From assembly GCA_030141605.1 (NCBI GenBank), contig JAQGDQ010002379.1:62001-126000 (forward strand): a stretch of 64,000 nucleotides of DNA. Direction: 5' to 3'. The notes below the pieces were generated by a model. That model ran no database searches. It worked only from the letters and a program-made list of their open reading frames with translations, and had not been told where the DNA came from. Below are positions 36,418 to 64,000 of the stretch, piece by piece; positions within the stretch are counted from its first letter, which is position 1, and each line of letters opens with the position of its first letter. The position numbers and the translations under genes were made by a program. Source of the DNA: Tubiluchus corallicola. Taxonomy: Eukaryota > Animalia > Priapulida.

Positions 36418-36826
36418 TAAGTACTCAATTACATACCGATACAAAATGGGTCTTCATGAACTATTTTCATCAGCATCTTGCAAGGTTAATGACTCGAAAG
36501 AAATCTAATGTTGCACAGTTATGCTTTTGCTGAATAGTTTGTCAGATTTAATTTGGATCAAGAGTTGTGTACGTATGATACAAAATGTTCAGTTAGCAAG
36601 TAAATGGTTTCCTTCAAGACTTGACAGAGAACGTTTGTAGAACTTCACCATATTTAAAACCATAAAAAATTAAATTAATATTGTTAGTGGCAACTCACAA
36701 ACGATGTTCAAAAATTGGTTAAAAGTAATTTTATTCACATCCATTATATACAGCTTTATTAAAAGTATGTTATTCATAATATTCATAATGTTATTCACAA
36801 GTAGGCTTATAGCATGCTTAAAACTG

Positions 36827-36829
36827 TTG

Positions 36830-36861
<32 letters not shown>

Positions 36862-36997
36862 TGTGTGTGTGTGCATGCGTGTGCATGCGTGAGTGCGTGC
36901 GTGTGTGTGTGTGTGCGTGCGTGCATACGTGTGTGTGTGTGTGTGTGTGTGCATGCGTGTGTGTGTGTGTGTGTGTGTGCATGTGTGTGCATGTGTG

Positions 36998-37037
<40 letters not shown>

Positions 37038-37097
37038 TGCATGCATACGTGTGTGTGTGTGCGTGTGTGCGTACGTGTGCGTACGTATGCGTGCGTG
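36827..37097. repeat. (GT)n/(GTGC)n microsatellite in the P450-A 3' UTR region
   Basis: Directly visible. Confidence 0.95.
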
Positions 37098-37108
37098 TTT
37101 ATAGTTTC

Positions 37109-47649
<10,541 letters not shown>

Positions 47650-47988
47650 GACGGTAAAATAATTTTTTATGTTAAAATATTCATACACACATACATACAT
47701 ACATACACACGGAAGGCGTCGACCACGTGACGCAGCTTTGTAAATACTGTACTATCTCGATTATAAGACCCTAGAAACTGCGCTAGTACCTACTGCGCAT
47801 TCCTGGGTAAATGGCCTTGAGTGGCGTTTATTGATTTGGAACTTATTTACATTAGTAAACATAATACGGACTCCTGGTTCCACAGCCAGCACGCTATACG
47901 AAATAGACAGCTCTGCTTGCCAACTGGAGTTAGGTTCGCTACTCTGAAACTGCAATATAAAAATTCTGTTTTGTTATCAGCAATAACA
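47650..47988. promoter_or_regulatory. Compact divergent promoter region shared by P450 genes A and B
   Basis: Start codons 340 bp apart on opposite strands; E-box CACGTGAC at 47724 and palindromic TTATAA at 47761. Confidence 0.6.
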
Positions 47989-50705
47989 ATGTTTCCAACG
48001 TTGCTCATCGCGGCAGTTTTGCTCATTTTGTTACTATTTGTATGGCAGTGGAAGAAACGTCCCGAAGGGGCACCGCCGGGCCCTGTGGGCTGGCCCATCG
48101 TTGGTTCGATGTTCTCAATGGGAAAGGACCCAACCGCGTATTTTGAAAAGCTCACAAAACGGTATGGCAACATTTTCGGGCTGTACATAGGACCAACTTT
48201 CAACGTGGTCATCAACGATTTTGAAACGGGTCGTGAAGCTTTTCTGAAACATGGAGATGTATTTTCTGGAAGGTTCGAAAGTTTTACAATCGGTGAAATT
48301 ATGGGAGACGATGAAATGCGTGGTAAGTACTGCGATCATATAGCATTTGTAGTTGTGTTTTTAAAGAACCGCTTTCTTAATGTCTAATTTATATATTCAA
48401 AAAGCCAAGATTTCTTTGATCTTGAACAAGTGATTTAAAATATCAGAGACCTTTGCAAAAAAGCTTGAAAATTTTGGTATGTTAACTTATGTAGTTTATA
48501 AATCCATCCAAGTTAGCAAACGAGTATGGTGGGGAAGTTACACAAATTCCATCCTCACAGTAGTTGCAAAACAGTTGTGTTAGCTTAATGAAGTTATCTT
48601 AATTTTACATACTATTAACAAATAATAGTCTTTCTATCTTTTATATCATCCTATATATATCAGCTTGATTCATTACAGCATTCCATTTTAAGCACTAATG
48701 TTTTTTTAATCACGATTCACTTTAAATTTTCAGATTATCTCCATTACTTTTTTTCTATCACTGTGTGGGACAATCTAACAAGCCCTGCATTTTGATTGTC
48801 CTCAACACATTTACCTTCGTATATAAGTGAACGGTGTATGAGGCTTTTCCTGTGCAGTATTTCTTATTTGTATTATGTTCATTGTAAGCTCTTTCACTAG
48901 ATATTGTACATGAAACTATTGTAAATGTGTAATGTGAAATAGATGACCTATGACTATTCGAGAATAGTACTGCAAACAATGAAGCATTGTGTAATACAGG
49001 TATGCAACTATTTGCTTCATTGGACGTGGACGCTTCAGGTAATTTTGCTAGCCGTATACCTAAAACTTAATCACTAAATTCTTTCGAAGAAAGTCAATAA
49101 TTCAATATTACGACCCAATAATTCAGGGATATTGGTTGGTTGATTGATTTTGCAACATAGATTGTGAACAACATTATTGCTAGATCCTGTTATCCTGTTA
49201 TGCAACTTAAACATCTAATAAGAAACTACAATCCAAAGAGACTAAACAATAAACACTGGACAGTGAAAAGCAAGAAATTACTGTAACATTGTTTGCAAAG
49301 TTATTTCATCATGTAAGTGTGAACAGGCCCTAATGTTGCACTTTTGGATTACAGGGCTTGTGATGTCAGAAGGAAGACGATGGAAAGAACAGAGAAAATT
49401 TGCTCTGAGTAAACTCAAAGAGTTTGGAATGGGAAAGATTAGCTTGGAGAAGAAGATAAAAGAAGAAATATCAGCCTTTCTGAACGAGCTAAAGGATAAG
49501 GAAGGCAAACCTTTCGATCCTAAACTATATCTTTCAAATACAATTTCAAATGTCATATGTTCCATAGTATTTGGAAACCGTTACGAATACGATGACTCGG
49601 CATTTATCAAGTTAATGGACTACATTGCTCAAGATGTCCAAAATCCTGACATTACTGGGTTTATTGATGTCTTTCCGTGGCTGAGGTATCTCCCAGGATT
49701 TAGATCAAGGTGGGTCAGACGATCTTACTCATCGTGCAAAACCTGTTGTAGCTAAATTAGGAAACAATCTCATTCATGAAGCGCTATTGGCCATTTTGAG
49801 CATTTTTTGGCATTTTTGTTTAACAATCAGTAATTTATTACACTGAAACTACTGATTTTTTGGTGTAGTAGGCTCACATATTTCTTCTTATTCGAGTAGT
49901 TTGGTTTCATCTAAAGTTGTTCCTTTGTTCGTGAGGTGGCAGAGACTGATTGGTAATTGATTACTAGTCGATTGTCGATTGATCACCAAAAAAGCCAATC
50001 CCCGAATGGTAACACATTTGCGCAAATATTCGTTGCCAATACAGCTCTTCTGTGTTCTAGCGTCAACCTTAGCATTTACTCTCTTTGTTACCAGATGTCC
50101 AATTTATAGAAATCCGGTAATTGTTACAAATTTAGTTACGGTTAACTTTAGAACATTGTTAATTTTTGACATGTGTTACCAGTTATCAATTTCTTTATGC
50201 GCGTAGAGTGTCCGTTCTTACATGCTCTTACAATAAGCCAGTGATTATTAATACCATTTAATTCTTGATGTTTAAAAGTCACCCTGTTCGTTTGTGTGCC
50301 TGGCCTTGAATCCTGCCGCGGCCGCACTAGGCTAAAAATAAAACAACAATATATTTTGTGGAAATAGAGAGCTTCTTTTCAACAAAAATAGATCTCCAGA
50401 CCATTAAGCCACTGGTTACTCTTTGTAGATCAAAGGCTACTAGGTTATGGACTTTGGTCAGAATATTTACCTACATGATAGTCTATTAACGCTAAATTCA
50501 ACAACATAAATATAAATAGTGTTGATTGGCGTTTAAATGTTTGGGAACATTGATTATTACGTGTATTATCTGTTACGTGTTAAAGATTGATAAACAGCGA
50601 TTTTGACTCTGTTCTTTTCTTATGCATATAAGTAAAAACCGAATGCCTTCATTTCAATCAGTGGTGTTGAAAAAGTAAAAATACTTCGAGTTATTTGTTC
50701 AGTAA

Positions 50706-51485
50706 AGCTCATTTCACAGCGAGGACGCAAAGAAAAATGACGTACGGAACTGCTGTCAGAAAATCAGAAAATATTTATGAAAATTTCCAATTTTTCTCGA
50801 AATCCCATTTACATGCAGCAAGGTAGTTCATTTCACAGTGAAATTGCGCGGTTTTTTCCGCACGCGCAGTTAACTCAACTTAACTGCAACTACTTCGCAA
50901 GTTTTATACTGTATAATCATGTTTAAATTAAGTTTTGCTTACCGAATTTCTCATATGCAAAGTACAATTAGCAAAAGTATTTATTAATCAAAGTATTTTT
51001 ACACCTGTTTGTTTTTAGTAAAGTTTTACTAATGACTTCAAAATCTAAAAATATACATGTACAGTATAACATAAATATATTCGTTATTTTTGTTTTTACG
51101 AATATAGCCATCGATGTTGCATTAAAAAAACACAAAATCGTCAGTCTGTTAAAGGAGAAATTAAATCTTAGAAATTAAATCTGCTGAAACGTGTTAATTG
51201 TTGTTCGTTAAATAAGAAACAATTAACAAAGTAGTTAAATTAAAGACTGAATTCTACGAGAATTCTTCAAGAAAATGGAACATACAGGCAAAATTCCTTA
51301 CGAGGAGGACGCATAGCTGCTAGCTGGCAGCAGAATTCCCCAAGAGGAATTGCACGAGGAATTTTGCTGCGCGTCCTCACTGTGAAAGGCGCCATAGAAA
51401 ACAATGTGTTTCATTTTCGCGAGGAATTCCTCAAAGAATTTCTCCTCTAGGCATTCTGTTGCGCGTCTTCACTGTGAAATGGGCC
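50706..51485. mobile_element. PIF/Harbinger-like MITE
   Basis: Imperfect ~23-bp TIRs agctcatttcacagcgaggacgc / gcgtcttcactgtgaaatgggcc, flanked by TAA and TCA; subterminal gaggaatt repeats. Confidence 0.65.
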
Positions 51486-53904
51486 TCAGCTTTCCTAGAA
51501 ATTAACTGCTTAGTCATCATTATTTCAGATACAAGAAGTTCATGGAAAATGAATTTCACATTATGGACTTTATAAAAAGCCATGTGGACGAACACACGAA
51601 AACGTACAATCCAGATGACTTTGTTTCTCTTATTTAATGAAAATCCATTGTATTAATTCCAAATCCATTCCAGTAACCTAATATTGTACTCTAACTGTAA
51701 TGGTGACAAAATTTTTACATTGGCTTTTGATTATAATGTCTCTAAGCTTTTTTGAGCTGTTTTGTACCTCTCTGAGTAAGCAAGACAGGACGATTTTTCA
51801 TATACTACCCCATTTTCAACACTGATAAAAAGTACACATTTTTAGACAATTAATACTACAAACGCATTTCTGATAATTAAATAATAGATTACAAACTTAA
51901 TTAACGGCAGGCGAGCCCAACTATTCATGACATCACAAATTAACATAATTTTCAACAACAAAAATATTCCACGAGTGTGTTGCACGTGTTTGCGAAAGCA
52001 AAAATTGAAGTACAATGCTACTGTAAAATATTCAGCAAGTTTTAAGATAAAAATTCAAATTTCAAATATACCGCTGTGATCACGTATGAGCTTTCGAAAC
52101 GGTGTACGTTTGTCACAGACTAGCACATTTGAACTGAGAGGTACAGCACCCGTTTTTTGTGCAATGCGTTTCCCAAATGCAGGTGCTAATGCCCGTTTAA
52201 CTAGCGAAAGGCGAAAGGCCTGTAACAGCGAAGAACTAGTGGTACGAACATGAAATTGTGTTTGTGTGGTAATAATTCTTTCACGTAAGTCATTTTTGAA
52301 AAAATAGTATGTTTCCTTTCAATATTTGAAAGAGTTGATTGTTTTGACCTACAGTTTAAGATTGGATCCTGTTTTGCTTTAATTTTGGTTGCAACCATGT
52401 TGACAAAGGACGAGAATCGTGCAAACGACACAGTTTAGAGTAGAAATAAGTAAACGTGGAAAAGCAATTTCAAAAAGCACTTGAAGTCAAATTTTTAATA
52501 AGTGTAATCAATTTTAATGACGTTGTAGCAGTAAAATAAGATTTCTGACATGATCAGAAGAGAAATGAGTTAAACCCGAGTTGAGATGAGATGGCTTCTT
52601 CATTTTCAATTCTGACACTAAAGAAATGTGTTTACAAGAAAAAAATCAAACAAAATATCAGAGACTTTTAATTCAAAAGTCGAGATGCAAGGTTATTTAA
52701 TCAATTATTGTTCATATAAATTCACAACTAAACCTTGAAATATCTTAAATATGGGGCGATTTGACGTGACAGAGTTCCAGGTTAGCTCACTTCCCTTTTC
52801 TCTGCCTCTTTTAGCATGTTAAAAGGGTTCTAGCATATTAACAACTTCGAAAAATCACTCGAAACACTTAATTATTGTGACACTAATAGATAAATTCAGT
52901 AAAATACAAATTATTGATTTTTTGCAATAATGGGTGCCAAATCTGTTAAAATAGTAAGTATTTAACTTTTTTTCAGTTAGTGAGCTTATGTGGGTTGCAG
53001 CAGACTGTTTCTTTGCTGGAACCGAAACCACGTCATCAACACTTTATTGGGCGTTTATTTACTTGCTGCATTATCCCGATGTACAGAAACGCGTGCAGAA
53101 AGAAATTGATGACGTCATTGGAAAATCAAGGCTGCCATCTGTAGCCGACAAACCAAACATGCCTTTCACGGAAGCAACTTTAACTGAAATACAAAGAATG
53201 GGTAATGAAAGTGTTGGCAAAAATAAGAAATTTTTTGTTGACCATACTGATGATTTACAAACTATATTAACATTCATTGCTACTATCATCCTAATTTTCT
53301 AATTTTTTCCATGGCACTTTTTTCCATATATATGTAGCTTATATCATAGAACTTACAAAAAGGCTTTTAAAATGTTGTTTCGTATTTACATCCAGAGCTA
53401 AAGCAACATGATACTAGTCATTTGTGATGGCCTGCAATTTTTGGTCTTTTGAAAGTAGTATTTTCAACACATTTTCAGGAAACATTGTACCACTTGGAGT
53501 ACCACATTCCACTTCAAAAGAGGTGACGTTTCAAGGCTACAGAATACCAGCTCGTACGACTGTAATGTTGAACTTGACTGCCATCCATCAGGATCCGGTC
53601 ATGTTTCCGGAACCTAATCACTTCCGTCCTGAACGCCATTTGAACGACAAAGGAGAGTTTGTAAAGAATGATGCAGTAATTCCATTTTCAGTTGGTGAGA
53701 TTTATTTTACACATAGAGAAAGAAGAAGAAAAAGAAAACCTTCTAATGGAGGGGGTGTGGGATAGATGGTTATAGCATCTATTTACAAAACCTCATCAGA
53801 AGGGAAGGACAGGCAGATAGACCTTTTTTTCTTTCACCAATACATAACCAATTATCGGTTAAGTTTGAGTAAGGCTAGAAAGGTGATCAGAGTTTGCACA
53901 GGTG

Positions 53905-53972
53905 TTGAAACTTGGATTCGAACCAAGAACCTCTGGATTGGCTTTCAGGTGTTGTAACCACACAGACACCTG
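53905..53972 (-). mobile_element. tRNA-derived SINE head or tRNA pseudogene
   Basis: Minus strand has an A-box-like GTCTGTGTGGTTA and B-box GGTTCGAATCC, with no clean cloverleaf; a related remnant lies on + near 6588-6641. Confidence 0.5.
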
Positions 53973-54128
53973 ACACAAAGTAGAGCAATGTTTTGGTTAT
54001 AGACATTTTATTACTTGGAAGCAGCATACCTTTTGTTACACATTAACACCTGGTTAGGCAATGTGATGCGTCCACCATTGCATGCCACTAACCTCCAACA
54101 CATCTAGCCCATTTTTCTAAAAAAGTGT

Positions 54129-54163
<35 letters not shown>

Positions 54164-56135
54164 TCCTATTATACATATATATAATGTAAACATATATATA
54201 TGTATACATTATATATATGTATGTATACATATATAATGCTCATCTGCGCTCTCGTACAAACTCACAAAGGGAATTTGAATCTTGTTAAAAGGACATAGGT
54301 ATAGCCAACAAGGAAGACATTTTCTTATAGGACAGTGTTGAAGACAAATCTCCAACAAATCAAGCCAACATATCAAAAAGTGTTTTATGTCTATATAATG
54401 CTCGCCTTGGCTCTCATTCGAAAACACAAAGGGAGTTTCAATCTTGCCAGAGGGACACGGGTATAGCCCACTAGAAAGGCATTTTTATAGGACAGGCAAT
54501 CACAAATTCCTGAAAGGTAGTTAGTCATGTAACTGAACTTGATCACCGTCAGTAAAAATAATACCACAATATAGAATAGTTATTTAGTCCATTAGCAATT
54601 TAACTAAATAATGTCACAATGCTACCAAATCGTACACACTTTTAATTTTGCAGTTATGCACATGCAGCATGAACAGAAGTAAAATCAAACAGTGCTCTTC
54701 TGAGACGTCCCATTATCGTAATCATAAATAAGACAATGTGCCTTATCTCTACCTTACAGCTAACAAAGGTCCTGTGAAAAACGAAAACTTCTGTGTCTTA
54801 ATGGGCCCTTTGTATTCTTTGCGATTTGAATGTGAGTCTTTGAATGTAAGTAAGACTCTGTTTATGTTTCCAAAGATCCTGAATACGTTCTACCACTTTC
54901 AGTAGTATGGAAATTATCGGCCTAAAACCGCTTGCAAATAGGCCTAATCAATGAAAGTTCTAATGCAACATGCAGGTTTGTAAAAACGGCTTTTGCAGCT
55001 TCAATAAAAACCATTAACGGTAACTGCAAAATGAAATGAAGAATCATTTTAAAATCAGTTCAAAAGAAGACAAAACGAACTTACTAGTATCAGCAGAGTA
55101 TTAAGAGAAAAACATGTGCAAGTCCTATTATGGCGCACTAGAGTTTTATAAAATAGTTTTGTTTGTTTAGGTCGACGTGTCTGTCTTGGTGAAGCTTTGG
55201 CAAGAATGGAGCTGTTTTTATACTTCACGAGCATACTGCAAAACTTTGACATTCAGCTACCCCCTGGTGCTCCTAAACCGAGCTTAGAACCACATTTTGG
55301 TTTCCTAGTGTCAGCTCCCGAACCTTATAAGATTCAAATGAATGTTCGTTAATCAACATTAATAAGATAGAATATAGCTGTACGTGAATAGAGAGAAAAA
55401 TTACTTTAAAAAGAGTTGTTTTTTTTTGCTAAGTGCTGTCAGAAAAGTTTTAGTGTTAAAGAATTGTAAATTTAAAAAAATATTTAAGTAACGTTTTTTT
55501 GTGATTAGGTTTAAAACAGAAATAGTTTAAGTAAACATTTTCAGCATGAGAAAGCTGGTTGCAAACTAGATTTTACATGTTGGCAGTACTTGATGGCTTA
55601 AACTTGCTTTAACGTGAAATATAGATAATTACTCGATCTATCATCGTGAATTTTGTAATTTCTTTTGTTTACATGTGTCCAGTAGCCAATATTCAATAAC
55701 TACTTGTGTGTTTTGCCTGAAAAACAAGCATCATAGAAATTCCGTTGCCTTACATTTGGTGAGGTATCACAGATTCAGCAGAATAAGATTTGCGCGTTAA
55801 CATTTTCATTTCATTTTTTTATTTGAAACCTCTTGGCACCAGTGAATTATAGTAGTTACCACTATATTACTTCAGAAGGCAGACGATAAAACACTTATAA
55901 AAATAAGGTTAGACGTTAGTAACGTCAAATCATATTTATTTGATTTTTTTCTTGTGCCATACAGATTGAAAATTTGTTTGTTTGTTGTTTTTTGTCTGTT
56001 ATTTGTTTTTCGTGCATTGATTCGTTTGTTTGTGTGCTGATTCGCTTACTTGCGTACCTGTTTATTCGTGTTTCTGCTAGTTTTCTCTCATTTTTTAAAA
56101 TTATTTTCTTAATGACATTTTTATTTAGACTACAA

Positions 56136-56570
56136 CAGTGGCTGATTTAGGGGGTGTGCTCAAGGGGCCTGGGCCCTCCCTTTCACAGTAACAGTTACAA
56201 CACACCAAATGAATATTTTCTCTGAATTATACGCATTACAACGATTTCCTAAATCCTAAAGATGCCTTATATCTGTAAAACTCATGTATCACCAGAAAAC
56301 AAATGTAAATGATTGTACATTCATGTATGCTGTATAATGTTTATCAATATATTGGCATGTAATCTTAAATCAAAGGTGAAATGAAACCTGTTCTAAACTA
56401 GTGAGCGTCCTTGAAGAAATGGCTTTTAGAAGGCAGAAAAGTGGTCGAAATGCAGTAAAATGTGTTGTTGTCCGGGTGGACCTCGTTGGGGAGCTTACAC
56501 CGCTCCCCCAACCCCCGTAAGTGCTTTTCTGTTGGACTCACCGTTGTTCTAAAACCTGTATCCGCCCCTA
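56136..56570. mobile_element. Possible MITE
   Basis: Ends cagtggctgatttaggggg ... cctgtatccgccccta resemble degenerate TIRs; no TSD. Confidence 0.35.
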
Positions 56571-58700
56571 TATTACATAAGCGGCTATAACTAATACGGG
56601 AACAGAGAAATAGAAGCATTTGAAAACATAATTATATATCCGTTAGTTATATACATTTGTAGATCCTTTTAAACTATGTCTTGTTAATTGCTATACTACA
56701 AACGCTTGTTTTTTTTCTGTATTTAAAAATAAAATTGTCATAAAACGGAATGTTGCAGTTGGTTACACTTATTTAATGTGAGCAGTGTGCTGTGTTGCGG
56801 GGAAAAGCAATGCATACTACTACTGTTGTTTCCAAAATATTTAAAAGACAAGAAAAAGGGTACCTGATGTAGGTTTCAGAAAAATCGCCTTAAAAATTAT
56901 ACTACTTTACAGCAATTATATGTGTACATAGTGCTTGCGTTGAAAGGAATTTTTGTTTGTTTTCATTTTAAATCTTCTGCAATACTGTTCTGACGGCGCC
57001 ATTACATGACGTCACTACGACACGAAAATCAGGGGAAGAAAAGGCATTGCTAAATTATTTCCAAAAAAATATTCCATGCATATCCATATTACTTACCATT
57101 TCGCTTAACTGCTGGAAAGACTTATGTAACTAGAAATAACAATTTAAAATATTCGTGCCAATTGGTAAAATGTCGCTGAGTCACCCTTCAGGGTGCGCCA
57201 CTCAGTAACCAAAATGGTATTTCTAATCTTATTGACAAGATACAGTAATTTAAAATTTTACTTAGTTAGTAACATGTATGCTAGGATGCTCTGATTATTT
57301 TTTCAAAAATTACTCAGTGTTATCTATGCTAGGATGCTCTGATTATTTTTTCAAACTTTGCTCAGTGTTATCTAAACTTGTTTCAAACGACCTACCATCA
57401 AAATGGCTGCCCCTAATGGTCATCGCGGGAGTAAATTTACACACTTTATTCAGCGTTACAGCCGACGCAAACGACGATGCCGACTGCATGCAAAAAGACA
57501 GTGTGTAAATGGTATAAATTTCAAGACGAATTTTTTAAGCTTTATGTAAGTGGAGGTTTTTCTTGTGCTTTAAAAATTTACTTTTAAAATAATCTACAAC
57601 CTCCTTGCATGAACGTAGTTTCTTCTTGCAAATCTCTGTCTCATTTCCATCCTAGTGACCCATCAACTTATACCGGCCAATAATTAATATTACACTCGAG
57701 GGTTAGCAACCAGGAAGAGATTGTCAGAGTGCACTTAAATGTATCCAAGGTTTTTGATTGATTTCAACATGACGGTTTTTTTTCAAATTACATGCAGCCC
57801 ATTATTAGATTGGCTAAAATAAAATAATATTTAGAGAGCTGTCATCAAAGTGTTGTCATTAAGGGATCTGAATGCCTCAGAAAGGATTCACGTAGAGGCG
57901 GGAGTCTCCAAGGATAGATTCTACGCCCACTGTTGTTTTGGTGTTCATTAATGACACATCTGCAAACTTGGAGAATACTCTTCGTTGTTTACATACTTTT
58001 TTCTAACTCTCTCTCTTTTTTGTCCCCTGAAAAATATTAGCCTTGCAGTTGAAATCCTAAACTGTGACATTACTAAAATTCAAAACTTGGTATTCAAAGT
58101 GGTTAATAACAATGATGGTTCAAAAGTAGTTCAGTAAAATGCTGGAGGTATAATACTTTTTTCGTAATGCTGAAAATGAAGTAATGAATTGTATTTTCGA
58201 CTATTAACACAGTGGCTTGCTCAGTGCTGTGTTATCTCCCGGAAACTCTATATCGAAGACAAAACCGACTGCAATTCTTTTAACACGTTAGTCTATTCAG
58301 GTATGTTAATTTAGTCTTTTTATTTTATTTAATTAGCTTTTATTCTGGGAAGACTTATTGCATAGTGATTGGTTTTTCTTTCTATTCAGTCGTGGTAATT
58401 TTTTATAGCTTGTTATATTTTAAATCAATGATGTTTTGCTTTTCATTTTCTTTTTTTCACTCTGGTGACCTACTGCCTTAACATTTTATCTGTAATATTC
58501 ATCTGATGAGGCCGTTAGGACGAAAACTCCTGAAATAAATAAGTAATCTATTGTGAGATTATAAAGTGCATTCAACGTTTTATTCAGGCTAAAGATGGCA
58601 AGCCTCATGCGCATTTTTTTCACATTTTAGATGATTTAAAAAATTTGGCGCACGTTATTCCAAAACCGGTAGCCCTTAAAACAGCGCCCTCTTGCCCACG

Positions 58701-58750
58701 TATAAAACAAGTCTAGCATGACCTTGTACTTCAGTAGTCCACTCATAAGT
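58701..58750 (+). promoter_or_regulatory. TATA/Inr and short 5' UTR exon of P450 gene C
   Basis: TATAAAA at 58701, TCAGT 30 nt downstream, donor-like gtgagc at 58749 and acceptor aatgcag 16 nt before the ATG. Confidence 0.5.
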
Positions 58751-59060
58751 GAGCTTAAAAATAGGTTTATTTCCGAATTTGCGAGTGCCGTTGCGCTCAG
58801 TTAAAGCTTGCTTGTGAGTCTTGTACATAACAGGCAGTACTGCTTAGCAATAAACAGTCAAATCTCGATATTAGCGTTGATTACATCATTTAAATGTGTT
58901 GATTTACATCTACAAACGTTATATTGTAGACACGTGTATAAAAAACACGTCTTCAAAATTAGTGCGACGCTTTCAAATATCCCAAGCGGCCAAGGCAGTG
59001 AAATCTATTTTTAAAAAAATTGCAGTCTGTTGTGTTTAATGCAGCAACATCGACATTAGC

Positions 59061-63420
<4,360 letters not shown>

Positions 63421-63790
63421 GTTTGCAATAATTAGATTAGATTAGATTATTATGTATTACGACAGCAAGGCTATAAATTACATAAAAATAAACATACAGT
63501 TAAAAGTACATTTACAATTATAATTACAAAAAAATATCTAAAACTACAATCATTAAGAAATAATAAAAGTACTAGAAAAATTCATTCTTAGACGTGTAAC
63601 ATTTTACCTTCGTTTTACCCAGCGGTTTGGTTTCAGTTGTCTACAGCTTAACGCCTATACGAATGTCAAATATTCGAATGTGCTTAAATATTAGAGACTG
63701 AAAATAGATATCTGAGTTCAAAATACATTGCACATAGAAGTTTTGCGAATTTTGTAGCCTAACAAATAGAGAGAAAGCTTAGCGTCTAAC

Positions 63791-63949
63791 TATAACATCA
63801 AAAGTAAGGGATGTCGTAATCCAAGTACACATAGTTATATTGAAAGTTCAATCATTATCAGCTATAACTGATCTTTCAATATAGCTGATTGAACTTTCAA
63901 TATAAGTATGTGTACTTGGATTACGACATCCCTTACTTTTGATTTTATA
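63791..63949. mobile_element. Near-perfect hairpin (~60-bp arms), small foldback MITE-like element
   Basis: atcaaaagtaagggatgtcgtaatccaagtacacata(g)ttatattgaaagttcaatca is inverted ~30 bp later; TA at the outer ends. Confidence 0.7.
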
Positions 63950-64000
63950 TTAATGCGGTAGAGTTGTAGGCAACAACTTGCATATGTAACGTGCAAAAAT

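Larger units (their letters stand above)
47989..55352 (+). pseudogene. Cytochrome P450, CYP2 clan (gene B); exon 3 truncated, so probably a pseudogene or null allele
   Basis: Exons 47989-48322, 49355-49709, 51529-~51619 (broken), 52977-53201, 53479-53694, 55171-55352. Exons 1, 2, 4 and 5 match gene A in size (334/355/225/216). Motifs AGTETTS, EIQR, PER and FSVGRRVCLG are intact, but exon 3 runs into TAA at 51635. Confidence 0.75.

Overview
AT-rich, intron-containing animal genomic DNA. The 5S rRNA sequence resembles molluscan/lophotrochozoan 5S, but the taxon is only inferred. Gene models were spliced by hand from GT-AG sites and exon phases. (1) An 8-exon secreted GH18 chitinase-like gene (+, 5326-14953, ~1408 aa) has an altered active site (NxDxE, MTYH), a furin-like RSRR site, ~41 copies of the 14-aa repeat HPHETYPEHGHYEV and a C-terminal CBM14 domain. 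(2) Two small secreted proteins lie on the minus strand: a 200-aa Tyr-rich orphan and a 103-aa Gly/Tyr/Arg-rich protein. (3) Two 5S rDNA mini-arrays carry a degenerate second 5S in each spacer; the first is interrupted by a BEL/Pao retrotransposon relic and ends in a 17-bp satellite. (4) A LINE relic, minus-strand 5S derivatives and an orphan C-type lectin exon lie between the arrays. (5) Three CYP2-clan P450 genes follow: one complete, one head-to-head with it and apparently broken in exon 3, and one running off the window. MITEs and mini/microsatellites are abundant. The best candidate for a new system is the His-repeat chitinase-like protein plus the two neighbouring Tyr-rich secreted proteins, acting as a possible module for metal- or Tyr-cross-linked chitinous tissue. 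That function is inference only.
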